From positions 26,784,001 through 26,848,000 of the forward strand of contig OX597816.1 of the NCBI GenBank assembly GCA_951406725.2: 64,000 bases of DNA. Direction: 5' to 3'. Below the pieces are notes generated by a model, which did not search any database, was not told where the DNA came from, and was given only the letters and a program-made list of their open reading frames with translations. The DNA comes from Octopus vulgaris (Eukaryota). Shown here in pieces: positions 12,367 through 24,729 of this stretch. How positions within the stretch are numbered: the first letter of the stretch is position 1; the number at the start of each line of letters is the position of its first letter. The translations under genes and the position numbers were made by a program.

Positions 12367-12459
12367 CCTTTTATTGAAGCTAGGTAGCTTGAGTAGAAAA
12401 TGAGTTTCTTTTATTCTTTTACTAAGGGCACTGTCATGCTTTTAGTTGTCAGAAGTGAA

Positions 12460-12730
12460 AGTAGAAAAATCTGACGTCAGACGTCAACTTCGTGTATTTA
12501 CGTCGTCGTCAGGTTTATACCTTCGTTAATTTACGCCGCATGACAGTGCCTTACTAAGCGAAAATAAGTTGGTGAACTTTTGCCTTTTCTCACGACACGG
12601 CGCATGTCGGACGGAAAAAAATAAAACCGGCGAAGTTACCTCCCTTTACAGTAAGTGTCTGCTTGATTCGACTGTTTAATGTTTTGGCATTGGTTCAGGT
12701 TTTAAGCTCGCGCATGCGTGTTACGTCCGT
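12460..12730 (+). promoter_or_regulatory. Putative LIPT2 promoter / non-coding first exon
   Basis: Locally CpG-rich unique sequence with CRE-like TGACGTCA (about 12472), NRF1-like GCGCATGCG (about 12710) and a strong donor ACA|gtaagt at 12651. The first LIPT2 coding exon has an acceptor just before its ATG, implying an upstream exon. Confidence 0.5.
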
Positions 12731-13368
12731 TTCCAAACCAAGACAAATCGAAGCCAAAATATTTCTCTGCGATATATAATGGTCAATTGCTGCTACATGT
12801 GTAAGCTATTTCTCTTCACCTACGCTACTAATGCTCTTGATATAAAAAGCATGACCACTAAACATTAAATTCCCCGACCCCACCAGGCATTTATGAATGT
12901 GTAGATGATACGTGTGCTTAGTTGTCACGCCCACGGTTCGGTTTCAATCCTCTCCCATGCATTCCACTTCGTTTTGGCGTTACGACTGCCCTTGAGGAAG
13001 TCACGTAATCACATCATTATTTTTCTACTATACTGATGCTTTGTGTCTATGTAAGATAGGAAAATTGCTGAAGGATGATAAATAAATTATCCTCAAAATT
13101 CAGTATATTTACAAAAAAAAAAATATAGTTTTAAAATCTGGTGAACACACTATATGTATATATACATATATATAATAAGGGTAAAATTAATTAATTAATT
13201 AGTAATTAATAATTACACCAAGTAGTGATTCGGTACGTAAAAGACCATTATCGGTAAAATTTAAAACAATATTTATTATAATAAGGGTTAGGCAAAAGAA
13301 TTTGCTTCACCACACACCTAACTTTAGAAACAGCAGCCCCCCCCCCCCCAAAAAAAAAAGACTAGCTA

Positions 13369-13509
13369 TAAGGTTGTCCCAAAAGTTCGTAGAAAGTCTT
13401 GGAAAATAATGGTCTTTATTTTGAGGAATAATTTTTGTTGTTTTTGTTAGTACTTGGCGAGTAAAAATTCAATTTTCGGAAGTGTTTACGAACTTTTGGG
13501 ACAACCTAA
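13369..13509. mobile_element. Mariner-type mini-MITE
   Basis: TIRs aggttgtcccaaaagttcgta / tacgaacttttgggacaacct flanked by TA. Confidence 0.75.
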
Positions 13510-13543
13510 TATTTCTTCTACTGTAAGAAACAACTCCCAGACA

Positions 13544-13581
<38 letters not shown>

Positions 13582-14489
13582 TTTATTAAAAAGTAGCAAA
13601 AGTATCACGAAAACTGTTACTCAGTTTCTCATGCTTTTATACATAACTTCTGTTTAATTATTTCGTGTTTGTTTTTCGTGACATTGTTTCAAAAAGTTTT
13701 TTCTTTATTAAATCATTAACGTCAACTTATTTCGAGGGGGAAAAAATGTTTTTAAACTAGTTATCTAGTATTTTAATTGCGTAAGGTAATTATTAGAGAT
13801 TAACAGTACTACGTTCCCCACCAGACTACTGTAGTACCTCTAGGACACTATAGATATCACCCCCATCATGCCATTGCATCTATCATTACATCTAACACTT
13901 TGCCTGCCGAAACACGAGACATCCATTCGGTACACCACGCACATTACACAACAACACAGAAAAAGAACATCACAACAAGGAACCAGTGTACAAAACTCAT
14001 GTCCCCACCTTTGAAAAGTGATACCATATCCAACTAACCACTGCATTTATTATTTATTTATTGCTTATTAAAACTAGCTCTAGTTTTTCTCCCAGCCAGG
14101 TTTTAAAGTAGGTTTTTAATACTAAGGTCGAGTCATGTATTAGAGTCGATTTTAATTGACTATCGCAATCCTAAAACGAATCTTAGAATACAACATTATT
14201 GTTTTGTTCTTACATCTTTATCTTAAAAGCAATAAAGTTTAATGTTACAATGAAATAGGTTAGCAAATCTTATCTATATTGCTCTCTCCTCTGTTTCTAA
14301 CTGCCCACTCACACATACACATGTATATGTATAAGCAGTTTAAACTTGATGGGACAGACCTATGAAGACGCTCCAGCCATGACCACACTGTCTTTTCTGA
14401 AGAAGTGATGTGGTTCTGACTATTAGTTGAAACTACAACAGACAATAACCTTATGGTATATTAAATATATATCGATCAACATCAATGGA

Positions 14490-14869
14490 AATTGTAGCTG
14501 TGATACCAGTGCCGGTGGCACATAAGAGAACCATTTGAATGTGGCCACTGCCAACGCTGCCCCGACTGGCAAAGCACCATCCGATCGTGGCCGTTGCCAG
14601 CCTCGTCTGGCGTCCATGCCGGTGGCACGTAAAAAGCACCATCCGATCGTGGCCGTTTGCCAGCCTCGTCTGGCACCTGTGCCGGTGGCACATAAAAAGC
14701 ACCCACTACACTCATGGAGTGGTTGGCGTTAGGAAGGGCATCCAGCCGTAGAAACACTGCCAGATCAGACTGGGCCTGGTGCAGCCTTCTGGCTTCCCAG
14801 ACCCCAGTTGAACCGTCCAACCCATGCTAGCATGGAAAGCGGACGCTAAACGATGATGATGATGATGAT
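14490..14869 (+). mobile_element. SINE with Nin/Deu-like domain, internal tandem units and (GAT)n tail; multiple copies
   Basis: ggcgttaggaagggcatccagccgtagaaa motif; 3' end ggaaagcggacg.taaacgatgatgat. Copies at about 20448-20860(-), 21196-21675(+), 24198-24542(+), 35208-35410(-), 41309-41445(-), 54032-54316(-), 61984-62205(-). Confidence 0.75.
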
Positions 14870-15609
14870 TCTTCCATGTTATAAATTTCACTTCCCCATG
14901 TTCCTATTACTAATAAATTTGAAAAAGCCATGAATATCACATAATCTCAATCATATCCTCTGTAAATCAGCTTTTTTTAGCCTCCGATATCTTTTTATTA
15001 TTTCAATATCCAATTCTTTTCTTGTTACTGTGAGTGAGAACCCATTTACTATGAAACAAGCATATAATATTTGGACAACCAACAGAATGTCTGTAGTAGT
15101 AGTAGCAGTAGTAGCACAGCAGCAGCAGTATTAATAGTGGTAGTAGTAGTAGTTGTAGCAGTAAAGTTTGAACTCAACCATATTATCAGTGGTCCAGTTC
15201 CTTAACTATGTAAGCAATATGTCCCAATATCGTAAGTAATCTAGAATGGTTGTTTTTCATTGCCATTCTCATTGCACGTGACTGTCATTTCAAAAATCAT
15301 TCTTATTTCATGCGTAAACAAAATGCTGTTTTAATCTCTGGTAGTTGTGATTATTTTGTTATCAAGAGTTATCAACCTACTATACACTAAATCAAAATAA
15401 ATATTGAAAAGATAATTTTTCTCTCATTTGTTATAGCTTCTGTTATAAATATTTGGATGACTCTTTTTTATCATTTATTAAGTAAATATTCATGTAAGTA
15501 TGTGTGTGTGTGTGTGTGTTACTCTTGAACTGATTTTACCATCAAAATACAATTTCAGCAAAAACAAAAAATTAATAAATAAAATTTGAAAAGCTCAATG
15601 TGTTTTTAA

Positions 15610-15830
15610 CCCTTTTGTTACCAACCCGGCTGAAACCGGCTCTGGCTCTTTAGTACAAATGTCTGGTTTTCAAAAGTTCTGAATTAAATCCTTCCACCAA
15701 ACCTAAGTCACAATTTATGTCCCTAACTCTAGCTTAATGATAACGATGCTATTTTACTTAATTCTTTGTTATATTTAAAATAATTGGAAAAAACACTGGG
15801 CATCTCAGAATAAATTCAGTAACGAAAGGG
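15610..15830. mobile_element. piggyBac-type MITE
   Basis: TTAA|CCCTTT...AAAGGG|TTAA. Confidence 0.8.
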
Positions 15831-16185
15831 TTAAAAATGGTAGAATTGTCATGTGGTTTAACATACAAATATGAAATTGAGAATTTTGTATAGCACATGA
15901 ATAAATTATACTCCCATTAATGTTATGACAAGCTCTGATTACCAAAGCAACCTATACATTGTATTATCTAACTTGAAAAAGAAAAAAGAAAACCTACATG
16001 TTATGTCTTGTCTCACAGTGCCATATAATGAACTGCAATCAAACTGCGAGTCCTATAAATTCAATCTTTGTACCTCAAATAATTGCATTTTTTTAAAAAA
16101 TTCATATATTTTGAATTGTATAATATTCTACAAATATCATATTTAGTGAATTAATGTAGCTGCTTTGTTGTTTTATCAGGTCAAG

Positions 16186-16645
16186 ATGTCACTGTCACGA
16201 AACCTTGTTACTGTGATAAATCTGGGTCGCATGGGTTTCTTAGCAGCTGCTGATCTTCAGAAAAGGTACGCCCGAGAGCATTTGGATTTCCTTGCTGGCA
16301 AACCTGGTGCTATTTCTCGTAATGTTATCCTATTAGTTGAACATGACCCAGTTTACACAACAGGATTTAGGACTAAAACATATACCGAAGAGGAAGCCCA
16401 GAGATTGAAATCACTTGGTGCCGATTTCTATCGCACCAATCGAGGTGGCATGATTACATTCCATGGTCCAGGCCAACTGGTGGCTTATCCAATACTTAAC
16501 CTTTTGCAATTCCGTCCAAGTGTTAAATGGTATGTGAGCAGTTTAGAAGCAACTATAATCAAGACCTGTGCTAACTGGGGCATAGCTGCCAAGACAACTG
16601 TGGATACAGGTGTTTGGGTAGAAGATCGAAAAATAGGAGCAATTG
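16186..16645 (+). CDS. LIPT2: LIPT2 (octanoyl-[ACP]:protein N-octanoyltransferase, LipB family) coding exon 1
   Basis: Translation has LipB motifs LLVEHDPVYTTG, RGGMITFHGPGQLVAYPI, TGVWV..RKIGAIG. Acceptor ttttatcag ends at 16179, ATG at 16186, donor G|gtaag at 16646 (phase 1). Confidence 0.95.
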
Positions 16646-16739
16646 GTAAGAATTTTATTGACCCTTTTTGAATTATTTATGTTGTCACTGTTTTAACATC
16701 CATTTTCCCATTATTTGCTAGTTTTGTAGTGTGACATAG

Positions 16740-17127
16740 TGGAGGCGCAATGGCCCAGTGGTTAGGGCAGCGGACTCGCGGTCATAGGATCGCGGTTTCA
16801 ATTCCCAGACCGGGCGTTGTGAGTGTTTATTGAGCGAAAACACCTAAAAGCTCCACGAGGCTCCGGCAGGGGATGGTGGTGATCCCTGCTGTACTCTTTC
16901 ACCACAACTTTCTCTCACTCTTACTTCCTGTTTCTGTTGTACCTGTATTTCAAAGGGCCGGCCTTGTCACTCTCTGTGTCACGCTGAATATCCCCGAGAA
17001 CTACGTTAAGGGTACACGTGTCTGTGGAGTGCTCAGCCACTTACACGTTAATTTCACGAGCAGGCTGTTCCGTTGATTCGGATCAACCGGAACCCTCATC
17101 GTCGTAACCGACGGAGTTCTTCCATCC
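16740..17127 (+). mobile_element. tRNA-derived SINE, third family
   Basis: Head tggcccagtggttagggcagcggac...gtttcaattccc; TSD agtg(t/c)gacata. Copies at 22578-22955(+), 30461-30707(+, internally deleted), 43148-43529(-) and 44283-44560(+, different tail). Confidence 0.8.
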
Positions 17128-17194
17128 AGTGCGACATAATGTCATTTCTCAATCTTCATTCAAATTTTCTCAGATCTGATCCCATTACTTTTTG

Positions 17195-17630
17195 CTGTCA
17201 GTAAGGTGAGGGTTGGCAATGAGTACAATGAAGAATTCCGGATAGAGGTAGGGGTCCACCAAGGATCAGTCCTCAGCCCCCTCCTATTCATCATAGTCCT
17301 CCAGGCAATAACAGAGGAATTCAAGACAGGATGCCCCTGGGAGCTTCTCTATGCTGATGACCTTGCTCTAATAGCTGAGTCACTATCAGAACAAGGGGAG
17401 AAGTTTCAGGTGTGGAAGCAAGGTCTAGAATCGAAGTGCCTTAGAGTCAATCTTGCAAAAACCAAAGTCTTAATATGTAGGAAGGTAGACAAATCACAAA
17501 TCCCTTCAGATAGATTGCCATACTTGATCTGTAGAAAAGGCATAGGTAGAAACTCCATTAGATGTACCTGGTGTAAGCTATGGATACATAAGAGGTGAAG
17601 TAATATCAAAGGAAAGCTAACTGCGAAGAA
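17195..17630 (+). mobile_element. RTE-clade LINE RT fragment in the LIPT2 intron
   Basis: VGVHQGSVLSPLLF...WELLYADD...VNLAKTK. A further antisense RTE fragment lies at about 17800-18170. Confidence 0.85.
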
Positions 17631-18352
17631 GCACAGGTTTACTTTTGGCCAGATACTTCTACTGTTGTTTCTCTGAGAAGATGGCATCTGTGATACTCTT
17701 CCCAGGCTCAAAACCAAACTGCATCTCATCTTGTTTAACTCTATTCCTAATCAAGTGAACTATAACTCTCTGTAACTTGCATGACCTGTTCTAACAGTTT
17801 AATACAACTGTAGTTGTTTCTGTCTTAGGCATCACCTTTACCCTTGTACCAGCAAACTATAATACTACTACACCAGTCAGTGGGGATGGTACCTTCCTGA
17901 ATAACCTGATTAACTATACAAGTGACTAGGCCATATCATACTCAGCCAAATATTTAAACCATCTCCGTAGTGATTCCTGACAATACAGGAGGTTTCCCTG
18001 TCTTCATATCCTTAATTGCCTTAACTATCATACTACTCTCAACTTTGATGGCTGGTCCCTCAGATGGTTTGATATTTGAAAGATTCTCCTTCCTCGCATT
18101 CTCCACATTTAGCAACCTTTCATAGTGACACTTCTCAGAATCACTAAGTGCAAGCATACCATTATCCATTTGCACATATATATATATATATATACAGTAA
18201 ATTTAGGGTGAATACTTGATAAGTGTAAGCACCTGTATACGTCAGCTAGTAGCAGAGGTGAGAGGGTATATGTATCAAATGAAATAAAAAACAGAACACA
18301 AATGATGTCGCGGTACACGTGTTTCAAGCTTTATAAATGACCTATTCTTACA

Positions 18353-18752
18353 TCTATATATATATAAATGGCAGTTTGTCTGTCTGTGTGGCTGTCAGGT
18401 TGTACCTTCACACTGACCACGGCTTTCAACCGATTCTGATGAAACTTGACACACACATAGCCCAATGTCATAATTCAAAACTAACGCAGCGAAAATTTTG
18501 AAAAGTTTCCCCAGTTCTGAAAAAAATCGATAAATTCGACATGGAGTCGAGAATCTAAGCTTTTTATATGCAACACATTTTCTGTCGGGAGACAGCTAGG
18601 AACATCGTATACATAGAAGTATTCGAGTGAAGAGAATACATTGCAACCTACACATGTGCCTTCGTTCCCTAGAGGGAAAGAACTAGATTGGTATTAGTTG
18701 TTGCCTACTAGGGTCTCTTACATACCCGGGCAACGCCGGGCTATGCTGCTAG
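18353..18752 (+). mobile_element. Non-autonomous Helitron
   Basis: 5' A|TC start, 3' GC hairpin cccgg(g)caacgccggg followed by CTAG|T. Inserted at an A/T junction without TSD; the empty site is reconstructed by the opposite arm of the host palindrome. Confidence 0.85.
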
Positions 18753-21700
18753 TCAGTGTATAAGAGACATAAAGGATTATTTAAAGCTCTCTTTGGAATA
18801 ACAATTGCATGCAGCTGAATAGAGCTTTAAACCATTCTTTATGTCTATTATACACTGATGCAAGAATAGGTCGTTTATAAAGCTTGAAATACATGTACCG
18901 CGGCATCCTTTGTGTTCTGTTTTTGATTTCATTTGATATATATATATCTATACATACACACACATTATGTGTTTGTGTATATGTATCAGGAGATTGCATG
19001 GATAAGTAAATATAATTACTGTTATCATCCCAATTAAATTCTATAGAACCTTTTTTTGTCTTTACCCCCGATTATTCTGTTACTTTTCTGTTAACCACCT
19101 CTTTTCCTCTTCTCCATTTTTCTCCCTGCCTCCAACATTAACATTATTATTACTCTTTTGATTAGTTTTTTTATTATATTTACCATGCGCACATAAGCAT
19201 AAGCTGGTTATTGTAATCACTCATCTTTGTCTGTGTGTTTGCAAAATTACTGGAAAATGGCTGAAAGGATTTTCACCAAATTTGGCAGAAATACTCCTTA
19301 GGTGAGTGGCTCGAAATGATGAAACTTTAGTTTGCTTATCTTCAAGCATACATAAATACATACATAGATGTGCAACTCTCTGCGCACGTGTGTGTGTGTG
19401 TGTACGTACAGTGATGGATTTGAGGGTTTTGTTTATTTACGAGTTGATTTCTTAATTTCACCAGAGTATAAATACCTATAATGGTGAAACACTTCTCAAA
19501 TTCTATGCAATATTTTCTATAAGTATTTCATTTTGTTCACTTTCTTTTTCATATGAACCGCCCCTTGTCTGCATGTGTATAAATCATGGTGTACCTAGGC
19601 ACATAGACACGTGGGTACATATATGCATACATAGATATGCGACTGTGTGTGTAAAGTGATGGATTCAAGGGCTTCATTTATTTGTGAGTTGATTTCTTAA
19701 TTTCACCATAGTATAAATACCTATAGGGCATGGCTGTGTGGTTAGGGAGCTTGCTTCCTAACTGCATGGTTTCGGGTTCAGTCCCACTGCGTGGCACTTT
19801 GGGGTAGGTGTCTTCCGCTATAGCCCCAAGCCGACCAAAGCTTTGTGATTGAATTCGGTAGGTGGGAGTTACTGCCGTGTGTGTATGTGTGCGTATAGCT
19901 GCTCAGTGCCTCTCCGAAAGAGAGAGAGGGGGGTGATAATTAAAAATAAAAATCTAAAAAGCAGGGGTAAGCAACACATTATAATTTGTGAAAAAATTTA
20001 TCTCTGTGCAGGGTATGCATCGCGCCACCGATTCCTTTTTTTCATTATTATTATTAGTATTACTACTATTATAATTATTATTGATGCTGCTATTGGCGAT
20101 ATTATCATCATCATAATGTTATGCTTTGGTTTTGCTTTAATTTACACAAGTTACACCCAAGTCTCAATCAGAGACATCAAGAGACAATAAGGTTTTGCAT
20201 CTGAAGATTCTAACAGGTGAGGTGCCATGCAATTGAAAACACCTATGTCTAGGGGAAAAAACAGACTAAGTAAGGTTCCATTTATATAGACAGGAATTTA
20301 TGTGGAATATGTGAGGCACCCATAAGTATGATCTTTTGTAATTCACTTATTTTGGGGCTGGCAAGGATTTGGTCTACATTTTAGTTTGCTCCTCTTGATA
20401 TCATTTCAAGTGCCCCATTAATAATAGCCAATGTTGTTTTGAGATGCCATCATCATCATCATCATTGTTTAACGTCCGCTTTCCATACTGGCATGGGTTG
20501 GACGGTTCAACTGGGGTCTGGGAAGCCAGAAGGCTGCACCAGGCCCAGTCTAATCTGGCAGTGTTTCTACAGCTGGATGCCCTTCCTAATGCCAACCACT
20601 CCGTGAGTGTAGTGGGTGCTTTTTACATGCCACCGGCACAGGTGCCAGACGAGGCTGGCAAACGGCCTTGATCGGATGGTGCTTTTTACGTGCCACCGGC
20701 ACGGGGACCAGACGAAGCTGGCAACGGCTACGGTCGGATGGTGCTTTTTACATGCCACCGGCACAGAGGCCAGTCGGGCGGCGCTGGCTACGGCCACGTT
20801 CGGATGGTTCTCTTACGTGCCACCGGCACTGGTATCACAGCTACAAATTCCATTGATGTTGATGGATTACGATTTTGATTTTGATTTTCACTTGCCTCAA
20901 CAGGTCTTCACTTCTGATTTCAGTTTCCAGTTGCAACATCAATCAGAAGACAAGTCTTTTCAGTATGATTAACAATGAGGTCATGTTGACTTTCCTGTAC
21001 TTTCCAATCAGTCTGAACACTGAACTTTCAAAGGATTGTAACCTTGGCATTCTGGGAAAGTTGTGGTAACTTGTTGTTTTTGTGGGAGAGGTTGTATGTG
21101 TGGTATATTGATCAGTGTATGCACTGAGCTGCCCTGTCATGCCTTTGCAAGTATTGTTGGTGCTCCTCTGCTTCATCCAGAAATTATGTGGTTGGTGCTA
21201 AGAGCACCATCTGAGCGCGATCGTTGCCAGAGCGGCTAACTGGCTTCCGTGCTGGTGGCATGCAGGAGGCACCATTCGAGCGGGATTGTTACCAGCATCG
21301 CCTTACTGGCACCTGTGCCGTTGGCATGTGTAAAAAATTCGAGTGAGGTCATTGCCAGTACCACCTGTCTGGCCCAAAAAATTCAAGCGTGGTCGTTGCC
21401 AGTACCGCCTGACTGGCCCATGTGTAAAAATTCGAGCGAGGTCGTTGCCAGTACCGCCTGACTGGCCCCTGTGCAGGTAGCACGTAAAAAGCACCCACTA
21501 CACTCTCGGAGTGGTTGGCATTAGGAAGGGCATTCAGCTGTAGAAACTCTGCCAGATCAAGACTGGAGCTTGGTGCAGCCATCTGGTTTGCCAGCCCACA
21601 GTCAAACCGTCCAACCCAGGCTAGCATGGAAAATGGATGTTAAACGACGATGATGGTGATGATGGTGATGACGATTGTCTCTGGATATTCTCTGTATATG

Positions 21701-23484
21701 CATAATGATGAGCTGCTTTTATATTTCAAGGGACTGGTCCTGAGCAGCAGTGATATCTCCCTCAATTTCTGGTTTGAGACCAGAGCATAACAGCCACTGA
21801 TGATTAAGGACTTGATCTACATTGGGTCCCTGATTCCAATCTGATCACTGCTAATAAGGGCGGTGAGCTGGCAGAAACATTAGCACACCAGGCGAAATGC
21901 GTAGCTGTATTTCGTCTGCTGTTACGTTCTGAGTTCAAATTCCGCCAAAGTCGACTTTGCCTTTCATCCTTTCGGGGTCGATAAATTAAGTACCAGTTAC
22001 GCACTGGGGTCGATGTAATCGACTTAATCCGTTTGTCTGTCCTTGTTTGTCCCCTCTGTGTTTAGCCCCTTGTGGGTAATAAAGAAATTTTTTTAAAGAA
22101 TGTTCAAGACTGTATACTACCAATCCCATTCACTACTAAAACTCTTTACACTCTGACACTGGTTCATTTCCTCCCCCATCCTCTCCCCGAACTTATGTCC
22201 TTCTCAATTCTCTATTCATTGTCCTTTTCTACAGATTTTGTATGTAAACACACAGATACAACAACCATCCCATTTCTTGTCAATACTATTCACTTGCACA
22301 TTTCCTTTTCTTCTCTCTCTCTCTGTTTCAATCTCCTTTCTTTCTCCCTCTCTACACATAGTCATCCTCGTAACTTGGTAGTCCACTTATTACTCTGACA
22401 ATATATATTGAAATATTTCTCCATCAACTGGTTTATATTTTGAAATGTTTTAACTTGCATAATGGATTTCTTATATATTTATGCTAACCTCAAATGTACA
22501 TATCAAAATGATTTCTCACTATTTGATTAGACTTCATTACTACAACTTATATGCATGCATGTATATATATATATATCGAGGCGCAATAGCCCAGTGGTTA
22601 GGGCAGCAGACTTGCTGTCGTAGGATCGCGGTTTCGATTCCCAGACTGGGCATTGTGAGTGTTTATTGAGTGAAAACACCTAAAGCTTCACAAGGCTCCT
22701 GCAGGGGGTGGTGGTGAACCCTGCTGTACTCTTTCACCACAACTTTCTCTCACTCTTTCTTCCTGTTTCTGTTGTACCTGTATTTCAAAGGGCCAGCCTT
22801 GTCACTCTCTGTGTCACGCTGAATATCCCCGAGAACTACGTTAAGGGTGCACATGTCTGTGGAGTGCTCAGCCACTTACACGTTAATTTCACGAGCAAGC
22901 TGTTCCGTTGATCGTATCAGCTGGGACCCTCGTCGTCGTAACCGACGGAGTGCTCCTATATACTATATATATCATATTTACTAGCTAGTAACTCACTCTT
23001 TTACTTGTTTCAGGCATTTGACTGCGGCCATGCTGGAGCACCGCCTTTAATCGAGCAACTCGACCCTGGGACTTATTCTTTTGTAAGCCCAGTACTTATT
23101 TTATCGGTCTCTTTTGCCGAACCGCTAAGTAACGGGGACGTAAACACACTAGCATCGGTTGTCAAGCGATGTTGGAGGGACAAACACAGACACACACATA
23201 CATATATATATACATATATACGACAGGCTTCTTTCAGTTTCCGTCTACCAAATCCACTCACAAGGCTTTGGTCGGCCCTAGGCTATAGTAGAAGACACTT
23301 GCCCAAGGTGCCACGCAGTGGGACTGAACCCAGAACCATGTGGTTGGTAAACAAGCTACTTACTGTTTAATTTTTTTCGTGTATGTTGTCTGCATCCCCT
23401 ATCTCTCTCTCTCTCTCACACACACACACACCCACACACCCATGCTATAAACTAAAATTTGTTTTTTATTTTTATTCATTTCAG

Positions 23485-23897
23485 GAATTCATACTCGCCG
23501 TTATGTTACAACACACGGAATCTCTTTGAATTGTAATCCAGAGCTGTCTTGGTTTAAATTCATTGTTCCTTGTGAACTAAAAGGAAAATCAGTTACATCC
23601 ATATCAAAAGAAACAAATAGAGAAGTCTCCATCAAAGACGTGACAAAATCGTTTTTGGAAAGTTTCTCAGAAGTATTTAACTGTAGCATTGAAACGTCGA
23701 TGCTTGAACAGCACGAACACATATTCATTCCTCATCAAACCACATTTTCCAGCCAAAATGCATCAGCAACTACAACCCCAACTCCAGCAACTTCTACAGA
23801 ATTTGCTAGCAAAACTATAGTTCCACCTGAGACTCTCTACCGTTTACCATCTAAAGAGAAAGAAACTCCTGTAGACAGACAAATACCAATGTGGTGA
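23485..23897 (+). CDS. LIPT2: LIPT2 coding exon 2 (terminal)
   Basis: Acceptor attcatttcag ends at 23484. The phase-1 join gives G-IHTRRYVTTHGISLNCNPELSWFKFIVPCE (LipB HG.ALN and IVPC motifs). TGA at 23895-23897. Joined CDS is 873 nt = 290 aa. Confidence 0.93.
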
Positions 23898-24729
23898 GCA
23901 TCAAATGGTATGGAGTTTGGTATTGGAGAGAATTGTACATATATATTCCTTTAATTTTGTCTTGCACCACTCAGTTTTCAATTTATTTACAGTGTTTTAA
24001 AAAAGGGTATTTTTTGTATATTTTATTTTTACATTATTATTTTTCCTAATACAGAACTATAAAATGCAAAATGTACAAAAACAATGAGTAATAATAAAAA
24101 AAAAAGGTAAAAACATACCATGAAAGATAGTTTTGTTCTGCAATTTAATTAATATTGATTTGTTGACTAAATACAATATTGAGGTATAAATATCATGAGG
24201 CCAGCGCTGCCTCAACTGGCTCCAGTGCCGGTGGCACATAAAAAGCACCATCCGAATGTGGCCGATGCCAGCGCTGCCTTGGCTGGCTTCCGTGCCGGTG
24301 GCACGTTAAAAGCACCAACCGATCATGGCTGATGCCGGACTCCCCTGGCACCTGTGCAGGTGGCATGTAAAAAGCACCCACTACACTCGCGGAGTGGTTG
24401 GCGTTAGGAAGGGCATCAAGCTGTAGAAACTCTGCCAGATCAGACTGGAGCCTGGTGCAGCCCCTGGCTTCCCAGACCCCGGTCGAACCGTCCAACCCGT
24501 GCTAGCATGGGAAATGAACGTTAAACGATGATGATGATGATGTTTAGCTCTAGTATATTATTGATACGTTTTGACTTTTATCTACTTCAAAGTGATATAA
24601 AACAAAAGTCAACCTCAGAAATTTTTGAATGCAGATTGTACAGAGATATGAATAAAAGACCCTCTATTTTAGTTCATCTGATACACCTGTATAATCTTCC
24701 CAACTGCTATAATATCCCTTATAATTTAA

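Noticed and set aside
14505-14705. CRISPR-like repeat/spacer pattern (also 20610-20830, 21250-21495, 24225-24380)
   Set aside because: The 'spacers' are homologous to one another, the array is internal to a multi-copy SINE with a (GAT)n tail, the context is eukaryotic and there are no cas genes.
16165-16671. Bacterial lipB / rnz contamination or horizontal transfer
   Set aside because: Both genes have canonical GT-AG introns filled with host repeats; the ORF-track ends simply run into introns.
16740-16815. tRNA gene candidates (A/B boxes)
   Set aside because: These are heads of multi-copy SINEs followed by SINE bodies and TSDs; there is no clean cloverleaf with a terminator.
19360-19725. 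~110-bp diverged direct repeat (about 19360-19480 versus 19626-19725)
   Set aside because: Probably internal repeats of a decayed Helitron-like element; no termini or function can be supported.
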